From the NCBI RefSeq assembly GCF_009914755.1, contig NC_060944.1: DNA of 64,000 bases; one strand, written 5' to 3'. Below the pieces are notes generated by a model. The model did no database searches. It worked only from the letters and a program-made list of their open reading frames with translations, and was not told the DNA's origin. This DNA comes from the human T2T-CHM13v2.0 reference genome, Homo sapiens. Positions 1-12,566 of this stretch are shown here, piece after piece. Position numbers and translations under genes: made by a program. Positions within the stretch are counted from its first letter, which is position 1, and each line of letters starts with the position of its first letter.

Positions 1-186
1 TTACTTAACCCAGTTCATTCAAAATGTTATTTCAATAAATGGTCAATATTTAAAATACTTGAGATATTTTGCTTTTATTTATTTCTTTTGTTACTAAGTC
101 TTCAAAATCCAATGTGTATTTTACACTTACAGAACATCTCTTTTTAGACTGGCCACATGTAGCTCAGGGTTACTGTATTGGACAGA
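1..186. mobile_element. MER3/MER33-like hAT-Charlie DNA transposon remnant, cut by the window edge
   Basis: tactaagtcttcaaaatccaatgtgtattttacacttacag...ggccacatg...gtattggacag resembles the recalled MER33/MER3 terminus. Confidence 0.65.
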
Positions 187-687
187 GTGGTTTCAGTTTC
201 AAGTTTTTCCTTGGAGACATCCTACTTGAAATTTCCATTCTCCATGTATCTGGGTGGTTGGTCTATAGACTTGCCACTCACAGCTGTCATCTTGAGACTT
301 TCTTTGCTTTTCTTCTCTATTGGATATTCAGTTTCCTGGATTTCAGGTCTTCTCATTTTCCTCTAGTAGTTTTGTTAGGTCATGGTTGGTATGGCATGGT
401 TGGGATAGCGTGTTCACACAGCTATCTCGTGAGTCATACTCCTCCAATCCAGCCTGCTCGCTTCCCGTGTCTGTCATGTAGTTGTCACCCTGCTATCTCT
501 CCCTCCAGTTTTTGCAGAAATTTCCTTTGTCTTCACTCTTGGTCTTCCTCTCCCATCCCCCATGTATCCTATATCTTTCTCTTTCTTGGTTTATTTCATC
601 ACTCAGGTGGAAAAGATGCTCCAGTGGATTACTGGGAAAAGGGGGAGCATGGATGATAAAGGTATTGAGACCTTACACGTCAGGGAA

Positions 688-943
<256 letters not shown>

Positions 944-959
944 AATGTTTTTATTGTCC

Positions 960-1450
960 CTTCTCATTTCATGACTGCTGGGCTAGGTATAGAATTCCAG
1001 AATCATTGTTCTTAGAATCTCGAAGGCATTGCTTCATTGCTGGCCAGCTTTCAGTGTTCTTGCAAAGTCTGAAGCTGTGCTAATCACCTCATCCTTTGAA
1101 AGTGAACTGTTTTTTCTTCCCAGAAACTTACAGAACATTCTCTTTGTCCGCAGAATTCTGGGATTGCAATTACTGTGCCTTAGAATGGGTCTGTTTTTAT
1201 CATTATGAAGAGTACTGGATGGGTCGGGAGGTTTTCTTGAATTACTTCTTGATGTTTTCTTTCCTTGTATTTTTTTGTTTGCTAATTTTCTATTTTTTTT
1301 TCTTGGTTTACTTTCTTGGGCAGGGGGATTTCTTCTACTTATATTTGATTCTTCAGTTGAGCTTGTCATTTTTGCTATCTTGTTTTTAAGTTTCGAGAGA
1401 CATCTTTGTTTTATATAACATTCTGTTCTTAATACATAGATGCAAGATCT
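960..1450 (-). mobile_element. Ancient L1 (L1M-type) ORF1 remnant
   Basis: Minus ORF 1034..1600 contains RPILRH...ISTASDFARTLKAGQQ, resembling the L1 ORF1p C-terminal motif IRL(A/T)(S/A)DFS..TL.ARRQW; boundaries approximate. Confidence 0.6.
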
Positions 1451-3020
1451 TTTCTTTCTGAGTATATTAATATGTATTTGAAATCTTTCTATTCTCTGCA
1501 GTTTGTTTCCCCCAAGGGTTTTTTTTTTTTTCTGGTTTTTGTTTTTTGTTTTTATGTTAGAGACTTTCCTGTTATATCTGGTCATCAGTGGTACCTGCAT
1601 GTGGTGGAGAGTAGGGGCTTATTGGAGTATGAGAACCTTGAGCAGGTGTAAGGAGCCTGTCAACACTGCGCTGGCCTCAGGGCCTCTAGGGAGGCTGCCA
1701 GTTGTGCATTCTGAGGATACCTTTTGGTTGTGCCTTTTGTCTGGTCAGATTATCTAGAGATGCTCTGCCTCCTACCTGGAGGAGAAGGGTCTAGCTGCCA
1801 GCGGTGTGAGTGTCTCTTGGGGAAAAGGACTCGAGTTCCTGGTGTTTGGCTTGTGTATGGCCGCTTACCCCATTTTTGGTGGAGCGCTCACATCTTCCAC
1901 TGTGCCAACAGTCTTGCTGCAGTTCATAGACCTTCTGGTTTACATTTTTCCAGAAAGTATGTCTTTAGATTTCTGCAGAAGTCTGAGGAGCATGGAAGGA
2001 GCTTGGGGAATGAGATGGCAATCCAGGTCTTCCCAGATGGCTCTACCTTTATCCCCTGCAGGGAATCCCACTCCTCCTTCCTGACTGGGAGCACAGCCAG
2101 AGCCTTGGGAGGAATCTGGAGTGGAAATCTCGGGCGGTCTGGCTTTCTTACTGTTCACTTGTAATTTTGCTTTCTCACAACTGCCAACCACTAATCAGCC
2201 TGATTTCCAGCTTCCAGAATTCTATTGCTGTTGTCTGCTCTCCTATTCCCACCGTAGGGGATGGGGCTGTCTTTTTTTTTTTTTTTAATTTTGGTAAAAC
2301 ATACAAAACATAAAGTGTTCCATTTTAGCCATTTTTAGGTACACAGTTCAGTGGCAGTAAGTACATTCACGTTGTGTGTATTTGTTTTTTTAGTAATAAA
2401 CAATATAAAATTTTTTAAGTAATAAAACACAAATAAAAGATTGTTTAATGTGATTATCGTGGAATTTTAGGTGTGATCAGGAGCCATGGTGTAGTCTTCT
2501 GTTGAAACAGGGTGATAGGATTTGTTTACCACCTCCTAGGAAAGCAGTTGGATAGTTTGTTGGCATAAAAGTACATTTTATCTATTTTTAATAATCGTAG
2601 CTTTATAGAAATTGCAGTTGGAACTCCCAGGCCTGGCATTCAAGGCTCTCTGAGATCTGGGCTACCCACCCATGTCCTCCAGCCGTCTGTCGCACCTCCT
2701 ACTGCCCACTCACTGTTCCTGGCATGAGATGTGATCTCCAGCCCCCATGCCTTTGCTGTGCAGGGTGTTCCAGAGTGAATTGTCCCTCCTGTCTGTCTCT
2801 CTGCCCTCTTCCTCGTCTTTCCATCTTCCTGCCCCACATCACTGCCTCCTACCCAAGGCCTGTGCTCATTCCTCCTCGGTTTTCCCCCATGGCCTGGTAC
2901 ATACCTCTGAATTATCACCTTGCATTTCCCATATTGCCCGGCTCTCTTTGATGTCTGTTTCTTTGCTGGGTCTTCCTCAGTGTCTGACGGTCAGTTAAAT
3001 GTCTTTATTCTTTTTTGTAG

Positions 3021-3111
3021 GATATCCGACATGAAGCCAGTGACTTCCCATGTAGAGTGGCCAAGCTTCCTAAGAACAAAAACCGAAATAGGTACAGAGA
3101 CGTCAGTCCCT
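3021..3111 (+). CDS. PTPN1: PTP1B exon 2, pTyr-recognition loop
   Basis: ttttgtag|GATATCC...CCCT|gtaagt; [30 protein letters not shown]; 91 nt. Confidence 0.99.
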
Positions 3112-4841
3112 GTAAGTATCCACGTGGCCGGTACCAGTCTTGCTCTTCCTTTGCTGCAGGCCTTTTTAGTCAAGACTCCTTTCGCCTCAGGGTTTAGTAT
3201 AATAATAAATCAATGTAGCAGAGGTTTATGACGCGATTGTTTCCTATAGTAAAGGCATTAGAGACTTATAGTAATAGCTCATTTTTCCACCATTATAGAA
3301 GGGCTCAGGTTTCAGTTTCTGGAAAATTCAGTGAAGTTCAAAGCACTTTTCTTAAGCTTTGACTGTTTTTGTGATGAATCATTTTCCTACCAGCTGAAGC
3401 AGAGTATAGCAGGCATAATAAAACCTTTTCTGGATGACTCAGCAGCAGCGTCATTAGGGCATGAGCACTGTGTTCCGCTGTAATGAAGCCCCGCACAGGC
3501 ATTCGGGGTGGGCACTGTCGTCCCCTGCGCTGAATATGCAAGGCAGCTCTGTCTGGAGTCCCCACCGCCTCCACCCCCGCCAACCTCATCATTTTTCTCC
3601 CTCTTTCCTGCTGTTAGTTCTTCCTAGGATTGTCAGTGTGCCTGCTGGCCTGTGGCAGCCCTGTCCGCCTTCTGAGTGATTGGCTGTCAGTCTGCCGGTA
3701 GCTGAAAAGTAAATAACTTAACATGTTAGAATTTGCATAAAGTAAGGAAAACTGGAGCTGAGTACAGGACTTGAACTGCGCCATCTCCTCTAGGCCACAG
3801 AGGCCTTTTTGACCCCCTTCCAGGTCTTTAGACATTGTCAGGCAGTGAGGGGTCGTAGCTGCCAGTGTCTCCATGGTAGCGTGCTCTGCCAGGGATGCAG
3901 AAGATTCTCCAGTCATTCCTCCAGTGGGCACTTCCTGCAGGTCCTGTGCCCATGGCTGGGAGTGGTGGCTGTCATTGTTCTCTGCCAGAAGGGTTAGCAG
4001 TGCATCCTGACCTGACTTATGTGGCGCCCAGATTCCTGGAAGGGGTCTAAAAATGGACCTAGACTTGGTGTAGAACGTGTGCCTCTTGGCCTGCCACCAT
4101 GGTTCCCTGCCTGGTTTTGTGTGTCAGCTCTGCCGCTTAAGAACTGAGTGGCTTCGGGCAAGTTGTTCTCTCTCATAGGAGTGTGTGAAGATGAAGCAAC
4201 ATAAGCTGCTTAGCCCAGCGCCCAGTACCTCACGCAGACATAAGTGCTCAGTAAATGTTGTCTGTGGTGGGGATGGTTGTCACCAACATCTGAAGTGCAC
4301 TTCTAGGTCATCAGGTGACATGATTGGCGCCAACACATGGTACTCTTGATTTAGCACATCTCAGCTGAGGCACCTCATTGATATTTGTTTAAAAACAAAA
4401 ACAAAAAACCTTGGTGATTCTGCTGTGAAGTCCTGGCCAGAAACCTCCAGACCGCTGATCAACACGCAACAGAACCATCACCGTTCACCTCTTTGACATG
4501 GTGCCAGGATACCCTGGATCTCTAGCTTTTGCTATAGTTGCTCTAATTAGGGAATAATCTTGTCTTTAATATTCCTTTGCTACATTTTTTAACATTTCTT
4601 ATCTAAATGGTTTTATGAATCAGTTTTACAGAGAAAAAAAACCAGTATTTAAAATATTCTTCCAGGGGCTGGTCCAAGTACAGTAGTGTTTACAACTATG
4701 TGATCACAACCAGTTACAGATTTCTTTGTTCCTTCTCCATCCCCACTGCTTTACTTGACTAGCCAAAAAAAAAAAAAAAAAAAGTTATTCCAGGGAAACA
4801 ATTCTCCAACTTTTTCACTCCCAATCTCACTCCTCTTATCT

Positions 4842-4900
4842 TCCTCCCGTACTCCTATCCTCCTCCCGTACTCCTATCCTCCTCCCCTACTCCTATCCTC
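4842..4900. repeat. 19-bp tandem repeat, about 3 copies
   Basis: tcctcccgtactcctatcc x3. Confidence 0.85.
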
Positions 4901-5967
4901 CAGTAGAAACAGTCATTTGCTGTGAAGGTTATGGGGGAGAATGAGTCAAGGTAGAAGGTCACCTGCTGCCCAGCTCACAGTGCTGCTGGTGATGACAGCA
5001 GTCCACAGTTACAGGCACTTGCTGAACGAGGGGCTCTGTATACACCTCAGCTCATTGACTCTTCCCACAACCCTCTTGTCACCTACCATTTAGCAAATGA
5101 AAAAACCAAGGCTCTGAGGTGAGTTGTTTGCCCAGAGTCACCCAGTGCTGTTTGAACCCACTCACATAACCAACCAATACCATTATGTAATTTTTGAGGT
5201 CTTTTATCTCTGTGATCCACTTAAAAATTATCCAAGTATCTTTATTTGTACTAAGCCTCCATAATGAGAAACAGTGTTCCAGATGGTGGCTAGTTTTCAA
5301 AGACATCTCTCTTTGGAATTCTTCTTTAGAACAAAAAGCCCCAGACCACTTATCCCCATTCATATCCCCTTTGGACCTAGGGAGAAGGTACTATTTATAG
5401 GTGATCACCTGAGTTTATTGTCCCTTGTGCTGTGCCAGAAATAAAGGTCCCCACCTGCTCTTATTAGCTCTACTAACAGGATAAGGAAAGTGGCCCTCAG
5501 AGAGCTACTGCTTTTGTGACAAACAAATGATACAAGAAAAAAAAAGTGGCTTTTTAATTTTAGTGACCTGGGGCAGGACTTCCAAATGAAAGTTTATTTC
5601 TAAAAACTAAAAGGTAAATTTAATATACTTTCAGTGTTTGGGCTTAAATTCTCTTTCAAGTGTCTTTGTGATATGCTCTGAATTTTAAAAATTTAGAATC
5701 ATTGAAGTTCATTATACTTGAACTTTAAAAAAAAAAAACAAAAACCTCGTATAAAGGTCAAGGTATGACTTCATGCTGCTGTGTACTTAGGTCATTTAAT
5801 CTTCAAACCACTGGATAGAGGTTAGGTTGAAGTTCGATCTTAAATCCTACCTACTGTAGCTCATTGTACCAGCAACAGCTGTAGGGACTAGGTGGAATTC
5901 ATGGTGGGTTTTGTTCCCTTTTAAAGATTGAAGCCACCATATTTTCTGCCCTCTAAAAGTTTATGTC

Positions 5968-6270
<303 letters not shown>

Positions 6271-6607
6271 TCAGAGAACAGATCCTTTGATGCCCTCCTC
6301 TGCCCTGAAAGGTTTTTGGGGGAGAGTAATAAGTATCACAACAAGATATGACCTGAGAACAGATTTCCCAGATAGGACATGATCCATGTTTTAATATGGC
6401 TTACTGCTGTTGCTTCATAGTGTGAAGCTTCAGACACTTCTGAAAACCCTTTCAGAAAATCCCAGTCGCCCCATACTGATGACTAATCTCAACTAAAACA
6501 GGGCTTCAGCCAGTGTGAATGCCACTAATGCCACCAACTCACCTTTGCTTTTCTGTAGGGTGTGCACCTGTATGTACACATTCAGCTTTTCCGGGATTAA
6601 CCTCTGA

Positions 6608-6754
<147 letters not shown>

Positions 6755-8742
6755 TAATGTCAATTTAAGAGTTTGAGAGTGCTGTTATCCACACCTCAAA
6801 TAAAATCTGCCACATCCTTTAGAAGGTCAGGATTTCAGCATACCAAAAAGCAGCAAGGAAGGGGGAAAAATCATCCTTCAAAGGTTCAGTTTGGTTATAA
6901 GGAACGCTAATCTTTTCTGGGAAGCATAAGATGACATTGCTGGAAATGAGAGCTTATAGAAAACAACATTAAAATGCCAGAGTTGCCTGTGTGGTCTGTT
7001 GGCAGAGACAGCAGAGCCATGGCTGGAGGAGGGTCTGTACCTGTGTTGCTTCCAGAAGTATTTGTCGTAGAGCACTTGTGATGGCAAATCTAAGAACGTT
7101 AGCAGTAGACCAGGAATCTCTGTCCAGAGCCATTCAGAGTAGCTCAGCATGGTTCTCATTCTTTGGCCAGAAGAAAGGCATCATTGGATCATGTGAACAA
7201 GCATGAAAAATGACTTAAAATTTCTGTTGGCTTTTGGCATCTTTATGGAAACAAAATCCTGAAAGTGGTTTAATAATTGAGCCTCTTGTAAAACACTCAG
7301 TGGCATGTGACCAAAAGGGTATCTGGGAAAGAGGATAAAAAGAGTTTCTTTTTAATTAATCTTCTCAAGTCTTAACTTGTTACCTGTAAGTTGGTCTAAA
7401 AAGACTGGGTTTCTTATTTTGTTTTTCATCATAATTTTTGTTTCTCATTCCATGTCAGCTTTCAGTCTTATATGGCTTTAGGCCACAGGGCGATTTTGAA
7501 CATTTGTAATTTTGCTTAATAATTAGGAAATTAAAATTCTGGGGAAGACAGAATGCTCTATGAAGAAAGGCTGCTTTGAGCAAGGAGCTAGGTCAGGGCG
7601 CGTTCAACTGAGGCCTTTCTTCACTGCCTTTTTGTCTTGTCCCAGTTCCTCCCCATTTATGACTAAAATCAGCCCAGATGCTTCTCGTCATCTGGGATGC
7701 AGAGCATCAGCCCAGCTGTGTTCAGTCCTATGGGGCCATTGAGTAAGTTCTTGGTGCATGGATACAGGGCAGGCCTTTACCAGGCCCTGAGCCCCTGGTC
7801 CTCCCAGCACCTCTGGGGTATTTAGGGGAGGCTGATGGGGGAGGGGGTTGATAAGGCGGGAGATGTCTGGGGATGAGGTTGAGGCAAAAGTGACTTCTTG
7901 AGGACTTTGCTTTTTGGAGAAGTCAAATTTCCTACTTCTTGATTTCAGCCCTTCAACTCTGGTATGGAGTCAGGAAGCCCTTTAAATACCTGTTGTCGGG
8001 TGTATCATGTCAAGTGTTGCATTAGCAAATGACCATGTATCCTTGTGCTACTGTCCTGCCTACCCCGCATCCTAGCGCTTCCTTGGGACATGAGAAGCTC
8101 TGTCTGGTTTGTGAGGTGGCACTGGGGATGTTGAGAAACTGTTTACACAGTTTCCCTTTGCCCTGGGGATTTACTAAAGGAGTCGAGGCAGCCTGACCCC
8201 AAAGCATCACCCCTGGACACTATGACCGAAACATTTCCCCAGTGCCCAAACCAAGAACACCCTTCCCATTTTTTTTTCAGTGGTGTTCATTATGTAATAA
8301 TACAAGTCTCTCTTCTCATTTTTTAAAAGTCAGAAGTACAGAAGAGCAGAGAATAATGTCCAAGGGGCCCTCCTTCACCTCCCCCGTGCAGTGTCAGCTA
8401 AGTGTGGTGCGTGTCCTTGCAGATCTTAGGGGATTGTGATCCTTCAGACCATTCTAAACTGGGGTGGTGCTGGGAGTTAGGGAAGGCATGAAGGGAGTAG
8501 TGGAGAGCTGCAGTGACTGGGGTCTTCATGCCAGGGTGGAGAATGCAAGGCCCAGGTGGCCAGCCATGTGCCACGGGATTTCTGGCTGCCAAGAGCTGTT
8601 TATCTGTTCACTGGGGAGGGAAGAGTTAAATGTGGTCTGCTTTTCTCCGAGTCCCTTCAGCACAGGGAGTGCTGACTTGTCTTGTTCAGGTAGTAAGTTC
8701 AAGATGAGCTCAGGAAAGAAAGTGAGAGGACACTGAGGGCTA

Positions 8743-9111
<369 letters not shown>

Positions 9112-9977
9112 TTAGGTGAAAATAGATGAGAATGGAAACCATGAGAAGAAGTGATGCTGGCCAAGGACATGACAGGTTCTGATGTGGAGGTGATAGGCAA
9201 TGTCTCTTCCAGCCACTGCTAATAATTGAGACAAACTCAAGGCATTCATACCCTGTGTCCAGTAAACATCTGTGCCCATTGCCAGGTGAGCTGGATTGAA
9301 ATGGGCCAGCTGCTCAGCAGACACCCTCATGCCCCAGTGACTCTGTTCCCCTTGGGCCACCTCATTGACCATTTATGTTTCTACATCTCCTAAGTTTGTT
9401 GGGCCAAGGATGGAGGCTGTCTGCCGTCAGGGTCCTCATTGCTGATGGTAGGAATAGTTGCTGATGTTTCATTGGATGTTGCTGTATTCTAGGGACTGTG
9501 CTAAGTACTTTATAGAAATGAACATACTTCATTTTCACAGTTTTATGAATAGGGACTATTATTAGTCAAGTAAGCGATGGGGAAACTGGGGCAGGGAGCG
9601 ATGAAGTGACTTGCGCAAGGTCACAAGATGATGTGATTGGAACCAAGAGAAGTGTTGTGGTTGGCCACGCCCCCACACTGCCTCTCATCTGCACCAAGGA
9701 GTTTTGTCCCATAGCCCAAGGGCCTTGGGGACGAATCTCAGTGGAGGCCCTTAGCGGGCCTGCCTGAGCCAGAAAGCAGAATCGGCATTTTTCTGTCCTT
9801 GGTTGGCCCAGCCCTGAACTGAGATGCGGAAATCGCCTTTCGCTGCCTGGTAGAAAATGGAGCTGCAGTTACTGACCACCAGGCAGAGAGAGGTGGGTCC
9901 CTGTCCCAGCCTCAGCCACCACTCTGCCTAAGCTGTGGGGACTGAGGGCGCTGTCGTTAGCTGACTGCAGAAGGTGA

Positions 9978-10187
<210 letters not shown>

Positions 10188-11155
10188 TAGTTACCATTTT
10201 CGTCCAGATTTTTAAATTATTTTTCTTGCCTTTGTATTTCCTTTACGTAGTATTTTTATTTAAAAAAATTAAAACAGCAGCATATAAATGCATGTTGGTT
10301 GTCAACCAGTTAATGAAGTGAATAAAAGGGAGGAGGCGGAAGAACTGCACGGACCTCTTCGCCCCCGCCTTCTCCTGTGTGGTGCGTGTGGCGCTCCGCC
10401 CACCTGTGCTGCCTGTGCGGCTCTCATCACAGTGTGGAGTTGTGTGTGGAGTTATGGAGACCTGCTTTTATCTTGAAAAGCAAGTTCTTAGTGCATCTTC
10501 ATGGTGTCTGATTTTTTGGCTGGTGAGAGTGTGGCTACCTCTGCGGAGCTGTGGGAGCGGCTGACTAGATGAGATTTGCCTCCATTCAGTACCTAGACTC
10601 TTGCCCTGCCACACCTCTTCGGAGTGAGCATTGACTTCAGGATGTGTGTCATTCTAAGTTCCTGCAACTTTTCAAACACCCCTCGGGCTAGCGTGTGGCT
10701 GCACGGTGTCCATTTGTGCAGGCCACCACTCCTCTTGCATCTGGGTCTAGCCACCTCTCCTTCTTGACTTACCATAGTTCATTTTGTACCATGCTTTCAG
10801 AATGAGCTTTCTCAAATCCAAGTCTCACCACGGTTCTTCCCAGCTGAAAACCCTTGTGCGGTTCCCTTTGCCTCACAGGATAATACATGGTGTGGCTTAC
10901 GGAACCCTGCAGGTCTGGCCCTAGGCCCCTGGACACAGACCTCTCACCACTCTTGGAACTTTAGCCAGGACAAAGTTTTCTGTTTTTAGTTTCTTACCAT
11001 GTTCTCTGGGCCGAGGAGTCCCAGTGCCCACGTTCATCCCACTTGCAGGCACCCCTGGACGGCTGCCCCCAGCTCCCCAACTGCCTGCATTCTCCCCTGC
11101 CCTCCTCACTCTGTTGGAATAGCTGAGAATAGCCGATTTCTGGGCAGCCGGCCTC

Positions 11156-11482
11156 CTGTGTAGACTGTCCTGTGTAGACTGTCCTGTGTAGATTGTCTGT
11201 GTAGACTGTCCTGTGTAGATTGTCTGTGTAGACTGTCCTGTGTAGACTGTCCATGTAAACTGTCCTGTGTAGATTGTCTGTGTAGACTGTCCTGTGTAGA
11301 CTGTCCTGTGTAGATTGTCTGTGTAGACTGTCTCTGTAGACCGTCGTGTATAGACTGTCCTGTGTAGACTGTCTCTGTAGACCGTCGTGTATAGACTGTC
11401 CTGTGTAGACTGTCTCTGTAGACCGTCCTGTGTAGATTGTCTGTGTAGACCATCCTGTGTAGACCATCCCATTTAGACCATC
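11156..11482. repeat. Minisatellite, 13/14-bp unit ctgtgtagactgt(c), about 24 copies
   Basis: Units read directly; accounts for ORFs 10921..11472, 10994..11467 and 11106..11453. Confidence 0.95.
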
Positions 11483-12326
11483 TGCCTGTGCAGGCGCAGG
11501 CCAGTGTTCAGCAGGGCCACAGGCTCCTCGGCCTCCCTGCCCTCGCTGCTCCCCAACACTGCCAACCCTGCTGCGGGGTCCAGGAGGAGATGGGCTGAGG
11601 ATCGTGGAGACCAGCAGGAGCGTGTGGCCCAGGAGCAGGGAACTGGGTGTCCTTGGGCCTTGCCAGGTCCAGGCTCAGCTAGGACACGGCTCTCACAGCT
11701 GTCCTGGTTGCCTCCGGCCACAGAAGAAGGTGAGGGCTCCAGAGAGGCCACCTTTCCAAAAAAAGCACAGTCATGGCCCTAGAATGTAAAAAATCCAAGT
11801 GTTAAGAAGGAACACATCAAAGGAAACTTCAGCAGTGAAAACTTGAAGCATTAACCACGAAGCCTCTGCCTCCACCACACACAAAGAAACGGCTTTAGTT
11901 ACTCGCAGAAAGTCTTCCTCTTAGGACAGCGCGTGTTTAAAATCATAGGGGTTTGGTTTGTTTTGTTTTGGGGTTGGGGTTTTTTGGGGGTTTTTTACCC
12001 TTGCCTACTTTTTAAAAAATGAAAGTGTTTATTTGCCCAACAATAACAGACAGGGAGCTTGCCTAAGTGTTCTGTTGATGATATAATGTATCTTGTCTTA
12101 GAAAAAAACTTTTTCAGTGAAAGGTGGTTTTTAAATTTTTTCTTCCCTCCTTAGTAGCTTGATTAGTAAAATGTGAAGTTACAAATGTGAAGCAAACCCC
12201 CACCCTTCACCACTAGTCAGCAATTTTGAGTAAAGAAACAAAGCATCAGGTGCTCACAGCACACACTGTCTTAGAGGGAAGGGGAAGCCTGGTGGCCTGT
12301 GGAAGCCTTCAGCATAGCTCCATCTG

Positions 12327-12566
12327 CAGGCTTCTGACCCTCAGCACTACTGACACTTGGGCTGGATCATTGTCTGCTAGGGATCCGGGCAGGGAGTGGC
12401 TGTGCTGGGCGCTGTAGGAAGTTTAGCAGCATCTCTGGCCTCTATCCACCAGATGCCAGTAGCACCCCCTCCCCAGATGTGGCAGTCAGATGTGTTTCTG
12501 TCTAGACTCCAGACTTTGTCCAACGTCCCCTGGTAGGCCAAATTGCCCCCGGTTGAGAACCACCGC
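12327..12566. mobile_element. MER20 hAT-Charlie element
   Basis: cagcactactgacacttgggctggatc...tttagcagcatctctggcctctatccaccagatgccagtagc...ggttgagaaccac. Confidence 0.8.

Noticed and set aside
69-656. 195-aa ORF
   Set aside because: TTG start, overlaps transposon debris, T-rich composition, no recognisable domain
10921-11472. Three overlapping repetitive ORFs, and a possible CRISPR-like array
   Set aside because: Head-to-tail minisatellite with no unique spacers and no cas genes; eukaryotic intron
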